From: Myxococcota bacterium
GTDB taxonomy: Bacteria; Myxococcota_A; UBA796; SXON01
Reading direction: 5' to 3'
Assembly: GCA_040386535.1 (NCBI GenBank)
Contig: JAZKFH010000047.1
Coordinates: 64,001 to 128,000, forward strand
DNA length: 64,000 nucleotides
Positions 44,569-54,630 of this stretch are shown here, in pieces (positions within the stretch are counted from its first letter, which is position 1; each line of letters opens with the position of its first letter). A program made the translations under genes and the position numbers. The notes under the pieces are model-generated. The model was not told where the DNA came from, searched no databases, and saw nothing but the letters and a program-made list of their open reading frames with translations.

Positions 44569-45303
44569 CTAGGGGGCCTTGAAGTTGATGGCGAGGTCGA
44601 AGCCCGCCTTGACGGCCTTGCCCCCGTCCTTGACCGGGTAGAAGCGATAGCGCATTGCCACTTCACGGGCCGCGTTGCGGAAGATCTCGGCGCACGTCTT
44701 GGGGATGACCTCGTAAGGCACCCCCTTCTCGTTGATGTTGATGCGGACGGTGCACCGTTCGTCCGGGAGCTTGAGCGCCCGCGCCGCTTCCGGGTAGTCG
44801 CTGTCGCGCACGTCGGCGCGGACCTTGACCTCCGCCTCGGACCAGTGGACGACCTTGATGCCCGTGCCGCCGAGCTGGCCGCCCAGGGTGCCGCCGATCA
44901 CGCCGCCCACGACCCCGCCGACCACGCCGCCTTCGACGCCGCCCTCGACCCCACCCTCGACACCCTCGACCTCGGCCTCGACCACCGGCTCGTCCTCGGG
45001 GACGACCTCGAGCGGGACGACCTCGTCGGGCACCACCTCGTCGGGCTTGACCTCGTCGGGCTTCTTCTCGGTCTTCGGCTTCTTGCTGCCTCCGGCCGGA
45101 GGGGGCGGAGGAGGGGGCGGAGGAGGGGCCGACAGATCGACGGCGACCTCGATGATCTCGTCCTCGACGACCGTTTCGACCACCTTCGACCCGGCCCAGA
45201 CCAGCCCGGCCAGGAAGGAGCCGTTGAGCGCCAACGAGAGCAGGAACGCACCCACCTGGCGCTTGGCCTGGCGCTGCTGATTCCGGCCCACACTGTCGAA
45301 CAT
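44569..45303 (-). CDS. tonB: Energy transducer TonB
   Basis: N-terminal TM, poly-Pro, EGGVEGGVVGG repeat, TonB C-terminal domain (YPEAAR...YRFYP). Confidence 0.85.
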   Translation of the reverse strand: MFDSVGRNQQRQAKRQVGAFLLSLALNGSFLAGLVWAGSKVVETVVEDEIIEVAVDLSAPPPPPPPPPPAGGSKKPKTEKKPDEVKPDEVVPDEVVPLEVVPEDEPVVEAEVEGVEGGVEGGVEGGVVGGVVGGVIGGTLGGQLGGTGIKVVHWSEAEVKVRADVRDSDYPEAARALKLPDERCTVRININEKGVPYEVIPKTCAEIFRNAAREVAMRYRFYPVKDGGKAVKAGFDLAINFKAP

Positions 45304-45370
45304 CCGCGCTCCTGGTGCCAAAGCCGCGGCAGTGTAACGCCTCGGCCGGGGGCCCTTGTCAACAGAGAGT

Positions 45371-45637
45371 CTACGATCGTGTGTCGTCCACCGGATCGAC
45401 CAGCGGGGACTCGCGCACCCCGTCGGCCGCCGCGGTGAGGGCGATGATGCGTGCGTCGGCCGCGTCGAGCCGCTCGTGGCACTCCCGCACGAGCCCCACG
45501 CCCTCCTCGAAGAGGCGCAGGGCCTCCTCGAGGGCGAGGTCGCCCCGCTCGAGCCGGGCCACGCGCGCTTCGAGCTCGGACAGGCCGACCTCGAAGCTCC
45601 GCGGCTCCTTGGGCTCCCTGGCGGCGGGCTCGCTCAC
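45371..45637 (-). CDS. xseB: Exodeoxyribonuclease VII small subunit
   Basis: SFE..L.ELE..V..LE.G.L.LEEAL..FEEG..L...C...L. Confidence 0.92.
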   Translation of the reverse strand: MSEPAAREPKEPRSFEVGLSELEARVARLERGDLALEEALRLFEEGVGLVRECHERLDAADARIIALTAAADGVRESPLVDPVDDTRS

Positions 45638-48297
45638 TTGGCGGTCGCCCGGGGCTCGGCCGACCGCGCCCGCTCGATCTGGCCGAGCGAGTAGGTGAGC
45701 CGCGTGTTCGAGGCGACGTCGGTCGCCACGAGCACCTGGGCACCTTCACGGTTGAGCGTGATGCGCTCGGGCGCGACCATCAGCGTGCGCCGGGTCTGGT
45801 CCTTCGCGGAGAAATACACCATCTCGAGCCACGCCCCCTGGTGGATGACGCGCTCGATGATCGCGCGCAGCTCCGCAGGAGAAGCCCGCGAGGGGCCCTC
45901 CTGCTTCCGCTTCTGGCGCTGGGCGCCTTGCGCGGCGGTGCTGCCCGGCACCGGACGCAGGTCCTCGGGCTGGGTGTCGGCCGAGTGGGCGCGCGCGAGC
46001 GGATCGTCGCGCTGGTCCCGGGCCTCCGCGAGGAGGTGGTGGAGCCGCTCGCGGGCCTCCGCGGCGTCCTCGTCGGCGGGGTACTTCCGCAGCTCCTTGG
46101 CGGGGTTGAACCCCGTGGCCTGGAGCTCGGCGACCAGCTCGGGGATCCGCCGCCTGTCGACCGCGTAGAGCCCCGGGGCGAAGCGGTGGAGCAGGAACGG
46201 CTTGAGTTGCCGCAGCCCCTCCATGCGCCGCACCGCCGAGCGGTGCACCGTGAGCGCCACGATCTCGTGGAACTCGACGTCGGCCTCCTGGCCCATCCAC
46301 GCGCGCAGCGTGTTCTCGACGTTCTCGGGCAGCCCGATCTGGCTGTTCTCGCGAAGGAAGTCGTACACCTCCTCGCGCCGCCAACCCTTGCGCAGCGCCT
46401 GCTCGATCGTGACTTCGGTGATCTTGTAGGTGTTGGCGCGGTCGCAGCCGGTGAGCTCCGCGAGCTCGCCGACGCGGAACAGGAGGATCGGCGCGAGGCC
46501 GGCCGGCGCCATGATCTCGTACGACGGCGTCAGGTAGAACTGGCTGAACCCCTCGTCCTCCGGCGGGTCGAGCAGCTTGGCGGCGCGCGGCGTGAGCTTG
46601 TAGAACTTCTGCTGGCCCCAGAGGCCGAGCTCCAGCATGCCGCACGCCACGAGCGCGGTGAAGCTGTAGCTGTCGCGCTCGGTCCCGCGGGGCGAGGTGT
46701 ACAGCCCCTTGTGGAAGCGCTCGCGCCACTCCTCGCCGCGCTTCCAGCGCCGGTAGAGGGCCTGGAGCGGGGCCTCGGGGATCCACTCGTCCTTGGCGGA
46801 CTGCACGGCCCAGAGCACCCACTCCGCCATCGGGAAGCGCTTCTCGAGCGCGCGGAACACGAGATCGCGCTGGTCTTCGGGCTCGAGGTGCAGCCACTCC
46901 TCGACGACATCGCGGTTGACCGCCACGCGGTCGCCGCGGAGCTCGATCATGCCGTGCATCATCAGGAAGTCGTAGTGGAGGTTGAACAGCTCGCTGTCCG
47001 GGCTCCAGATCTGCGCGAAGAAGCGATCGAGCTCGTCCTTGTGGGCCTTGAAAACCTCCTGCCGCTGGGTGAGGCGGGGAGGGCGCTGGTCGAGGTAGGT
47101 CGCCAGCGTGGCGAGCGAGAAGTCGAGCGGCGGGCAGAACGGCCGCTGGTCGGGGACGCGGATGTCCTCGTGCTGGAACGTCGGGAGCGACAGCTCGCTC
47201 TCAAGGTGCTCGATGAGCGAGTCGACGAGCGGTTCGGGCACGAGGTAGTAGAACCCGTCCTCCATGGACTCCGACGCGAAGACGAGCCCGCGGTCCGCCA
47301 CCATCTGCATGGTGCGCGCCCAGTCGCTCTCGCGGCCGCCGAGGACCAGCACGAGCTCGCGGTGGAACTCGTCCGCGTGGGCGAGGCCGCCGCACTGGAT
47401 GAGCGCCGCGAGCGCCTGCCGATCGCGCTGGTGCATCTGCGCGAGGAGGCCGGACAAGCGGCTGCCCTGCGCGATGGCGCGCACGGTGAGCTGCGTCATC
47501 CGCTCGATGTCGGGCACGCGGGAGGGCTGGCCGCCCATCGCGCGGTAGAGCGAGCCGAGGAGGCTGTCCGGCAGGCGCGAGAAGTACTGGACCAGGTCGT
47601 CCAATTCGCCGCGCGCCATCCGCCGACGCCGCACGACGCCGGCCACGGGCTTCCAGCGCTTGCGGTGGATCCGGGGGCGCGCCGGCAGCTTGCCGGTGCT
47701 CGGGAGGACCACGCCGGGGCCCTCGCCCTCGTCGCCGCGGACCAGCCGGCGGCCACGCCGGGGGCGGCCGCTCTCGTCCTCGCCCATGTCGCGCTCGGGG
47801 CGCTCCCCATGGGGCTCGGACTCGACGCGCATGGAGCGGTCGCCACGGTCCCGCTCGGGAGCGCGCTCACGGTCGGGGCCGCGGTCACGATCGCGGTCGC
47901 TGCGCTCCTCGGGGCGGGGGCCGCGGTCGTCCATCCGGGGGCCGCGGTCGTCGTGTCGGGGGCCGCGTTCGTCCATTCGCTGGTCGTGCCGGGGGCCACC
48001 GCGGCCGCCACGGTCGCGATCGCCGCCCCCTTCGGGGCGCGGACGCGCCGGACGGTCGGCACGCGCCGGCCGCTCGGACGGTCGGTCCGAAGGGCGTTGT
48101 TCGGAGGAGCGCTCCGGGCGGTCCGGACGATCCGTCCGCTCCGGCCGTTGTTCGCCCTGCGTGTTCACCTCGGGCGCGCCAGTGCCCTCGCCGGGCCCTT
48201 CGCCACCGCTGCGCCGGCGCCTACGCCGCCGCCGCCTGCGTCCCGCACCCGCGTCATCCGGCCCACCCGCGAGCTCCGTCCGTTCGTTCGACATCAA
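45634..48297 (-). CDS. XPB-partner protein: disordered R/D/E N-terminus, Helicase_C_3 domain, C-terminal WYL-like domain
   Basis: YKITEVTIEQALRKG...FLRENS..LPENV..TL..W (Helicase_C_3 pattern); C-terminal LEMVY...R...P...LVA...RLTY...I WYL pattern. Confidence 0.72.
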   Translation of the reverse strand: MMSNERTELAGGPDDAGAGRRRRRRRRRRSGGEGPGEGTGAPEVNTQGEQRPERTDRPDRPERSSEQRPSDRPSERPARADRPARPRPEGGGDRDRGGRGGPRHDQRMDERGPRHDDRGPRMDDRGPRPEERSDRDRDRGPDRERAPERDRGDRSMRVESEPHGERPERDMGEDESGRPRRGRRLVRGDEGEGPGVVLPSTGKLPARPRIHRKRWKPVAGVVRRRRMARGELDDLVQYFSRLPDSLLGSLYRAMGGQPSRVPDIERMTQLTVRAIAQGSRLSGLLAQMHQRDRQALAALIQCGGLAHADEFHRELVLVLGGRESDWARTMQMVADRGLVFASESMEDGFYYLVPEPLVDSLIEHLESELSLPTFQHEDIRVPDQRPFCPPLDFSLATLATYLDQRPPRLTQRQEVFKAHKDELDRFFAQIWSPDSELFNLHYDFLMMHGMIELRGDRVAVNRDVVEEWLHLEPEDQRDLVFRALEKRFPMAEWVLWAVQSAKDEWIPEAPLQALYRRWKRGEEWRERFHKGLYTSPRGTERDSYSFTALVACGMLELGLWGQQKFYKLTPRAAKLLDPPEDEGFSQFYLTPSYEIMAPAGLAPILLFRVGELAELTGCDRANTYKITEVTIEQALRKGWRREEVYDFLRENSQIGLPENVENTLRAWMGQEADVEFHEIVALTVHRSAVRRMEGLRQLKPFLLHRFAPGLYAVDRRRIPELVAELQATGFNPAKELRKYPADEDAAEARERLHHLLAEARDQRDDPLARAHSADTQPEDLRPVPGSTAAQGAQRQKRKQEGPSRASPAELRAIIERVIHQGAWLEMVYFSAKDQTRRTLMVAPERITLNREGAQVLVATDVASNTRLTYSLGQIERARSAEPRATAK

Positions 48298-48316
48298 CCT
48301 TCCTTGTGCCTCCCCC

Positions 48317-49999
48317 TCACGACGGGGTGGTCTCCTGGATGTAGTAGCGGTAGCCCTGTTCAGTCAGGAACAGCTGGCGTTTCATCGCGAACTCCTGCTC
48401 CTTCGATTCGCGGGTCACCACGCTGTAGAAGGACGCACCGTCCTTCTTGGGGCGGAGGATGCGGCCGAGGCGCTGCGCCTCTTCCTGACGCGATCCGAAC
48501 GAGCCCGAGACCTGGATCGCGACGTTGGCGTCCGGCAGGTCGATCGAGAAGTTGGCCACCTTGCTCACGATCAGCAGCTTGATCCGCCCGTCGCGGAACT
48601 TCCCGAAGAGGTCCTCGCGTTGGGCCGCCGGGGTTTCGCCGGTGATGAGCGGCGCCTTGAACCGGCGCGCGATGTCCTTGAGCTGGTCGAGGTAGGTGCC
48701 GATGATCAGCACGTTGTCGTCCTGGTGCTTCTTGACGAGGTCGTCGAGCACCTTCATCTTCGCCGGGTTGGTCGCGGCGATGCGGAACTTCTCGCCCTCG
48801 CGCGCCCGCTCGTACTGCTCGCCGAGCACGCTCGAGAACCCGACGCGCACCTCGTAGCACTTCGCCTCGGCGATCCAGCCCTTCTCCTCGAGCGTCTGCC
48901 AGCCGAGATCGAACCGCTTCGGACCGACGAGGCTGAACACGTCGCCTTCGCGGCCGTCTTCACGCACCAGCGTGGCGGTCAGGCCGAGGCGGCGGCGGCC
49001 CTGGAGATCGGCCGTGGCGCCGAACACCGGGGCGGGGAGGAGGTGCACCTCGTCGTACACGATGAGGCCCCAGTTGTGGTCCTCGAACAGGTGCAGATGG
49101 GCGAACTTCGCGTCCTTCGAGGCGCGCCAGGTGAGGATCTGGTAGGTCGCGACGGTCACCGGGCGGATCTGCTTGATCTCGCCGGTGTACGCGCCCACCT
49201 GGTCGGGGGTCAGATCCGTCTTGTCGAGGATCTCCCGCACCCACTGGTGCACCGCGGCGCCGTTGGTCGCGAGGATCAGCGTGTGCTGGTTCACGAGGCT
49301 CATCGCCTTGATCGCCACGATGGTCTTGCCGGCGCCGCAGGGGAGCACGATCACGCCGTGCCCGCCGGAGGGCTTGCCGCCCTGGTACCAGCGCTCGGCC
49401 GCGAGCACCTGGTAGTCCCGCAGGCCGAAGGGCAGCTTGTTGGACTTCATGGTCGTGCGGAGGTCGATCTCGAGCGGATCGCCGTCGAGGAAGCCCGCCA
49501 CGTCCTCGACCGGCCAGCCGGCCTGGAGCATCCGCTGCTTGAAGATGCCGCGGTGGCCGGCCTGGATCGCGAAGTAGCGCTTGCCGTCCTCCACGAGCAG
49601 CTCGGCGACCGACTTCTCGTTGCCGATCAGCTTCGCGACGTAGGCGGTGGCGAATTCGAGGCGGAGGAGCTTCCCCGGCTGCTCGGGGTGCGCCACGATG
49701 CGCACGAGGCCGTAGCGCTCGATGGTCTCCCCGACCTGGGTGAGCACGTTCGGCGGCACGTCGAACTTGGAGAAGGTGCGCAGCCCGTCGACGATTTCGT
49801 CGCGACGCATCCCGCTGCTCGCCGCGTTCCAGAGCGACAACGGGTTGATGCGGTAGGTGTGCAGGTGTTCCGGAGACGTCTCCAGTTCGGCGAAGCGGGA
49901 CAAGAAGTCGCGCACTTCTTCGTAACGGGAGTGTTTCGTCTCGAGCAGGACCTTGCCATCCCCCTGGACGATGAGGGGGTTGTCAGGCCTGACGTGCAT
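48317..49999 (-). CDS. DNA repair helicase XPB/Rad25 family (SF2)
   Basis: PLIVQGD N-terminal domain, LPCGAGKT, DEVH, GLTAT, SRQEEAQRLGRILR. Confidence 0.93.
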   Translation of the reverse strand: MHVRPDNPLIVQGDGKVLLETKHSRYEEVRDFLSRFAELETSPEHLHTYRINPLSLWNAASSGMRRDEIVDGLRTFSKFDVPPNVLTQVGETIERYGLVRIVAHPEQPGKLLRLEFATAYVAKLIGNEKSVAELLVEDGKRYFAIQAGHRGIFKQRMLQAGWPVEDVAGFLDGDPLEIDLRTTMKSNKLPFGLRDYQVLAAERWYQGGKPSGGHGVIVLPCGAGKTIVAIKAMSLVNQHTLILATNGAAVHQWVREILDKTDLTPDQVGAYTGEIKQIRPVTVATYQILTWRASKDAKFAHLHLFEDHNWGLIVYDEVHLLPAPVFGATADLQGRRRLGLTATLVREDGREGDVFSLVGPKRFDLGWQTLEEKGWIAEAKCYEVRVGFSSVLGEQYERAREGEKFRIAATNPAKMKVLDDLVKKHQDDNVLIIGTYLDQLKDIARRFKAPLITGETPAAQREDLFGKFRDGRIKLLIVSKVANFSIDLPDANVAIQVSGSFGSRQEEAQRLGRILRPKKDGASFYSVVTRESKEQEFAMKRQLFLTEQGYRYYIQETTPS

Positions 50000-50027
50000 T
50001 CGTCATGTGGTCGCGTCCTCCCAGGAC

Positions 50028-50214
50028 GGCAGATCTCGGTCCTCGTCGCGGTGGTTGCCGAGCGGGCAGCGCCGAAGCGGGCCGACGGACCTTCCGCGAA
50101 GGCATCCCGTACGCAGGGCGCGCACGATGCCTTTGCCCCGAAGGGACGGCACCGATCGCCGCCCGGGGCACTACCGCCCCCGGGCCGGAGGAGTCCGCAA
50201 CCCGGGGATCTGCC
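50028..50214 (-). ncRNA. Candidate ~187-nt rod-like structured RNA / 5' leader
   Basis: Nested pairings GGCAGAUC/GAUCUGCC, GUUGCGG/CCGCGAC, GGUAGUGCC/GGCGCUGCC, AAGGCAUC/GAUGCCUU; G-U pairs form only on the minus strand. Confidence 0.5.
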
Positions 50215-50218
50215 TCAC

Positions 50219-50246
50219 ACCTTACGCGCTCTGGCGGGAATGTCAA
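50219..50246 (-). promoter_or_regulatory. Sigma70-type promoter
   Basis: TTGACA-N16-TAAGGT on the minus strand, immediately upstream of the rod RNA. Confidence 0.6.
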
Positions 50247-50309
50247 CCGAGACGCGTCAGGATTGCCCAACGGCGGCACCGAACGCCCCCTTCCCGGGCG
50301 GCGCGGCGG

Positions 50310-51929
<1,620 letters not shown>

Positions 51930-51984
51930 GCGGGGGCATCTATCGTGACACCCCACCCCGGGGCGATCGGTTAGTCGCGACCCC

Positions 51985-54363
51985 GTGCTGATTTCGTTGA
52001 TGGAAGCTGGCCCACGGCTCGCCGGGGGGAAGGGCGCGGCGCTGTGGCGGCTCGCGCAACATGGCGTCCCCGTGCCCGCGACCTGGGTGCTCCCGCCCGA
52101 GGCGTTCGGGGACTTCCTGCGCGGCGCCGGCCTCTGGGCGCTCGCGGAGCGGGGCGACCACGCGGCGCTCCACGCGCGGATCCTGGCGGCCGAGATGCCC
52201 ACGTTCCACGGCCCCGCCTTCGCGGCGATGGGGCCGCGCCTCGCGGTGCGGTCGAGCGCGCTCGAAGAGGACGGCAAGACCCAGTCCCACGCCGGGCAAT
52301 ACGAGAGCGTGCTCGGCGTCACGCACGCCGGCCTCCAGGACGCCGTGCGCCGCTGCTGGGCGAGCTACCACGGCCCTCGCGCGGTCGCCTACCGTAATGG
52401 CAAGGTGACGCCGGGGGCGATGGCGCTGCTCGTGCAAGAGATGGTCGACGCGCGCACCGCCGGGGTCCTGTTCACGGTCAACCCGGTCACCGGGAGCTGG
52501 CGCGAGATGGCGGTCGAGGCCGTGTGGGGCCTCGGCGAGCCGCTCGTGGGCGGGCTCGTCGTGCCCGATCGGTACCTCGTGCGCCGCCCGCGCCGCACCC
52601 CGGGCCCCGTCCAGGCGCTGCTCGCGCGCACCACGCTGGAGCTCGCCAGCGAGACCGTGGCCCGCCAGGATCGCCAGCTCGTCGTGCGGGGAGAGGGCGT
52701 GGTGGACGGCGCCGCCGATGCCCCGCTCGCCCGCAAGCTGCCCCGCTCCGAGCTGTTCGACCTGTGCCGCCTCGGCCTGCGCGCCGAGACCGTGCTCGGC
52801 GGCCCCCAGGACGTCGAGTGGGTGCAGGATCGCGCCGGCCGCTTCTGGGTCGTCCAGTCACGCCCGATCACGACGCGCCAGGAGCTGCCGCGCGGCGGCA
52901 ACACGCTCTGGACCCGCCGCTTCATCGGCGAGCGCTGGCCGGACGGCGCCACCCCGCTCGGCTGGTCGATCATCGCGCCGGTGCTCGAACACTTCGTGTC
53001 CTACCCGGCCACGTCCGCGCGGTTTCTCGGCGGCGACCCGCCCCTCCGGCTCGTCCGCGGCCACCCCTACGTGAACGTGACCGTGTTCCGGCACCTCGCG
53101 TTCAAGCTCCCCGGCGGCCCACCGCCCCGCTTCATGCTCGACTTCTTCCCCCCGGCCGAGGAGCGCACGTGGGTGCGCCGCGCCGCGGCCCCGCCCGATC
53201 TGCGGGTGTACGCCGCGATCTTCGCCGAGACCTTCCGCGAGCGTCGCTGGCGTCGCTTCCGCTGGAACCCGTTCGCGAACTGGAAGGCCTGGGACACGTT
53301 CCTGGCCGGCCTCCCCGCCCGGCTCGCCGCGCTCGAGGCCGCCGCCCCCGAGGACGCGCTGACCGTCGCGACGCCCCTGGTGCGCGACTACGTCAAGGTC
53401 CACATCACCTCGCTCCTGTTCGCCAACATGGCCTACGAGATCGTCGGGCCGCTGCTCCCCGAGGCCACGCGCCCCGCGCTGCTCCGCGCCCCCACCGGCA
53501 CGATCACCGCGCGCGTGAACGCCGAGCTCTGGTCCCTCGGGCGCGATCCCTCCGGTCTGGACGCGTTCCTGGCGGCGCACGGGCACCGCTCCTCCGCGAG
53601 CTGGGAGGTCTTCGCGCGGCGCTGGGCCGAGGACCCTGACGGGGTGCTTCGCCTCGCGCGGCTCGCCGCGGAGGGCCCCGATCCACGAGTGCGCCTCCAC
53701 GCCGAGGAGGAGGAGACCCGCCGCGCGCTCGCCTCCCTGCGCGATCCGCTGCTGCGCTACGCCGTCGGCCTCACCCAGACCTACCTGCGCCTGCGCGAGG
53801 AGCAGCGCTACCACCTCGACCGCGTGCTGTTCGTGCTCAAGCGCAAGCTCTCGGCGCTCGGCGCGCGCTGGTTCGACGATCCCGACGACGTGCGGTTCCT
53901 CACCGTCGCCGAGCTCGACGGGACGCTGGGCGTCGACGAGCTGCGCCGCACCGTGGCCCGCCGCGCCACGGAGCCCGTCGATCCGCACCCCGCCGACTTT
54001 CTCGACGGAGACGAGGCCCTCGCCGTCGCCGCGGGGGACGCCTCGCGCCTCCAGGGCCTCGGCATCTCGCCGGGCGTCGCGCGCGGCCGCGTGCGGGTGA
54101 TCCGCAGCCCGGCCGAGGGCGACAAGCTGCAGCCGGGCGAGATCCTCGTGGCCTGCGCCACCGACCCTGGCTGGACGCCCCTGTTCGCGCGCGCCGGGGG
54201 CCTCGTGCTCGAGCTCGGCGGAATGCTCTCGCACGGCGCGGTCGTGGCGCGCGAGTACCGCCTGCCCGGCGTCGTCAACATCCCGGGCGCCACGACCCGC
54301 CTCGTCGACGGCGTCGAGATCACGCTCGATGGGCGCGGCGGCGTGGTGTGGGTGCACGGGTAG
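51985..54363 (+). CDS. PEP/pyruvate-binding ATP-grasp + swivel phosphohistidine protein (rifampin phosphotransferase-like architecture)
   Basis: GGKG, AVRSSA..ED...S.AGQY, GLGE, QDVEW, QSRPIT; C-terminal TDPGWT...LSHGAVVAREY. Confidence 0.85.
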   Translation: MLISLMEAGPRLAGGKGAALWRLAQHGVPVPATWVLPPEAFGDFLRGAGLWALAERGDHAALHARILAAEMPTFHGPAFAAMGPRLAVRSSALEEDGKTQSHAGQYESVLGVTHAGLQDAVRRCWASYHGPRAVAYRNGKVTPGAMALLVQEMVDARTAGVLFTVNPVTGSWREMAVEAVWGLGEPLVGGLVVPDRYLVRRPRRTPGPVQALLARTTLELASETVARQDRQLVVRGEGVVDGAADAPLARKLPRSELFDLCRLGLRAETVLGGPQDVEWVQDRAGRFWVVQSRPITTRQELPRGGNTLWTRRFIGERWPDGATPLGWSIIAPVLEHFVSYPATSARFLGGDPPLRLVRGHPYVNVTVFRHLAFKLPGGPPPRFMLDFFPPAEERTWVRRAAAPPDLRVYAAIFAETFRERRWRRFRWNPFANWKAWDTFLAGLPARLAALEAAAPEDALTVATPLVRDYVKVHITSLLFANMAYEIVGPLLPEATRPALLRAPTGTITARVNAELWSLGRDPSGLDAFLAAHGHRSSASWEVFARRWAEDPDGVLRLARLAAEGPDPRVRLHAEEEETRRALASLRDPLLRYAVGLTQTYLRLREEQRYHLDRVLFVLKRKLSALGARWFDDPDDVRFLTVAELDGTLGVDELRRTVARRATEPVDPHPADFLDGDEALAVAAGDASRLQGLGISPGVARGRVRVIRSPAEGDKLQPGEILVACATDPGWTPLFARAGGLVLELGGMLSHGAVVAREYRLPGVVNIPGATTRLVDGVEITLDGRGGVVWVHG

Positions 54364-54459
54364 CGGATCTGGGCAGCCGGACGGCGCGGACGCCGCCGCT
54401 GCGGAAGCGGGGCAGGCGGGGCGAGCGCCGTCACTGCCCACAATCGCGGCCGCCGGCTT

Positions 54460-54620
54460 AGGAGCGTTCGGGAGAAATGCTCCCGTCGCCCGCTCGCGCC
54501 TGCTGGCCGCGGCCGCGCGTCTTCCTCGGTCACAGGTCTCGACCTGCTCCCTCGTCAGCCACGCGGCCGCGTCTCAGCAGTCACTTCGCGGACTCGGTCC
54601 GCATTTCCCCGAACGCTCCT
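54460..54620. mobile_element. MITE/REP-like palindromic element
   Basis: Terminal inverted repeats AGGAGCGTTCGGGAGAAATGC / GCATTTCCCCGAACGCTCCT plus internal inverted repeats; no coding capacity. Confidence 0.55.
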
Positions 54621-54630
54621 GGGAGCCGGC

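Noticed and set aside
45331..45362. TTGACA...TACACT promoter for tonB
   Set aside because: The 20-nt spacer is too long for sigma70
50028..50214. SRP RNA, tRNA or known riboswitch
   Set aside because: No SRP GGAA domain-IV motif, cloverleaf or recognisable aptamer consensus; kept only as an unknown structured RNA
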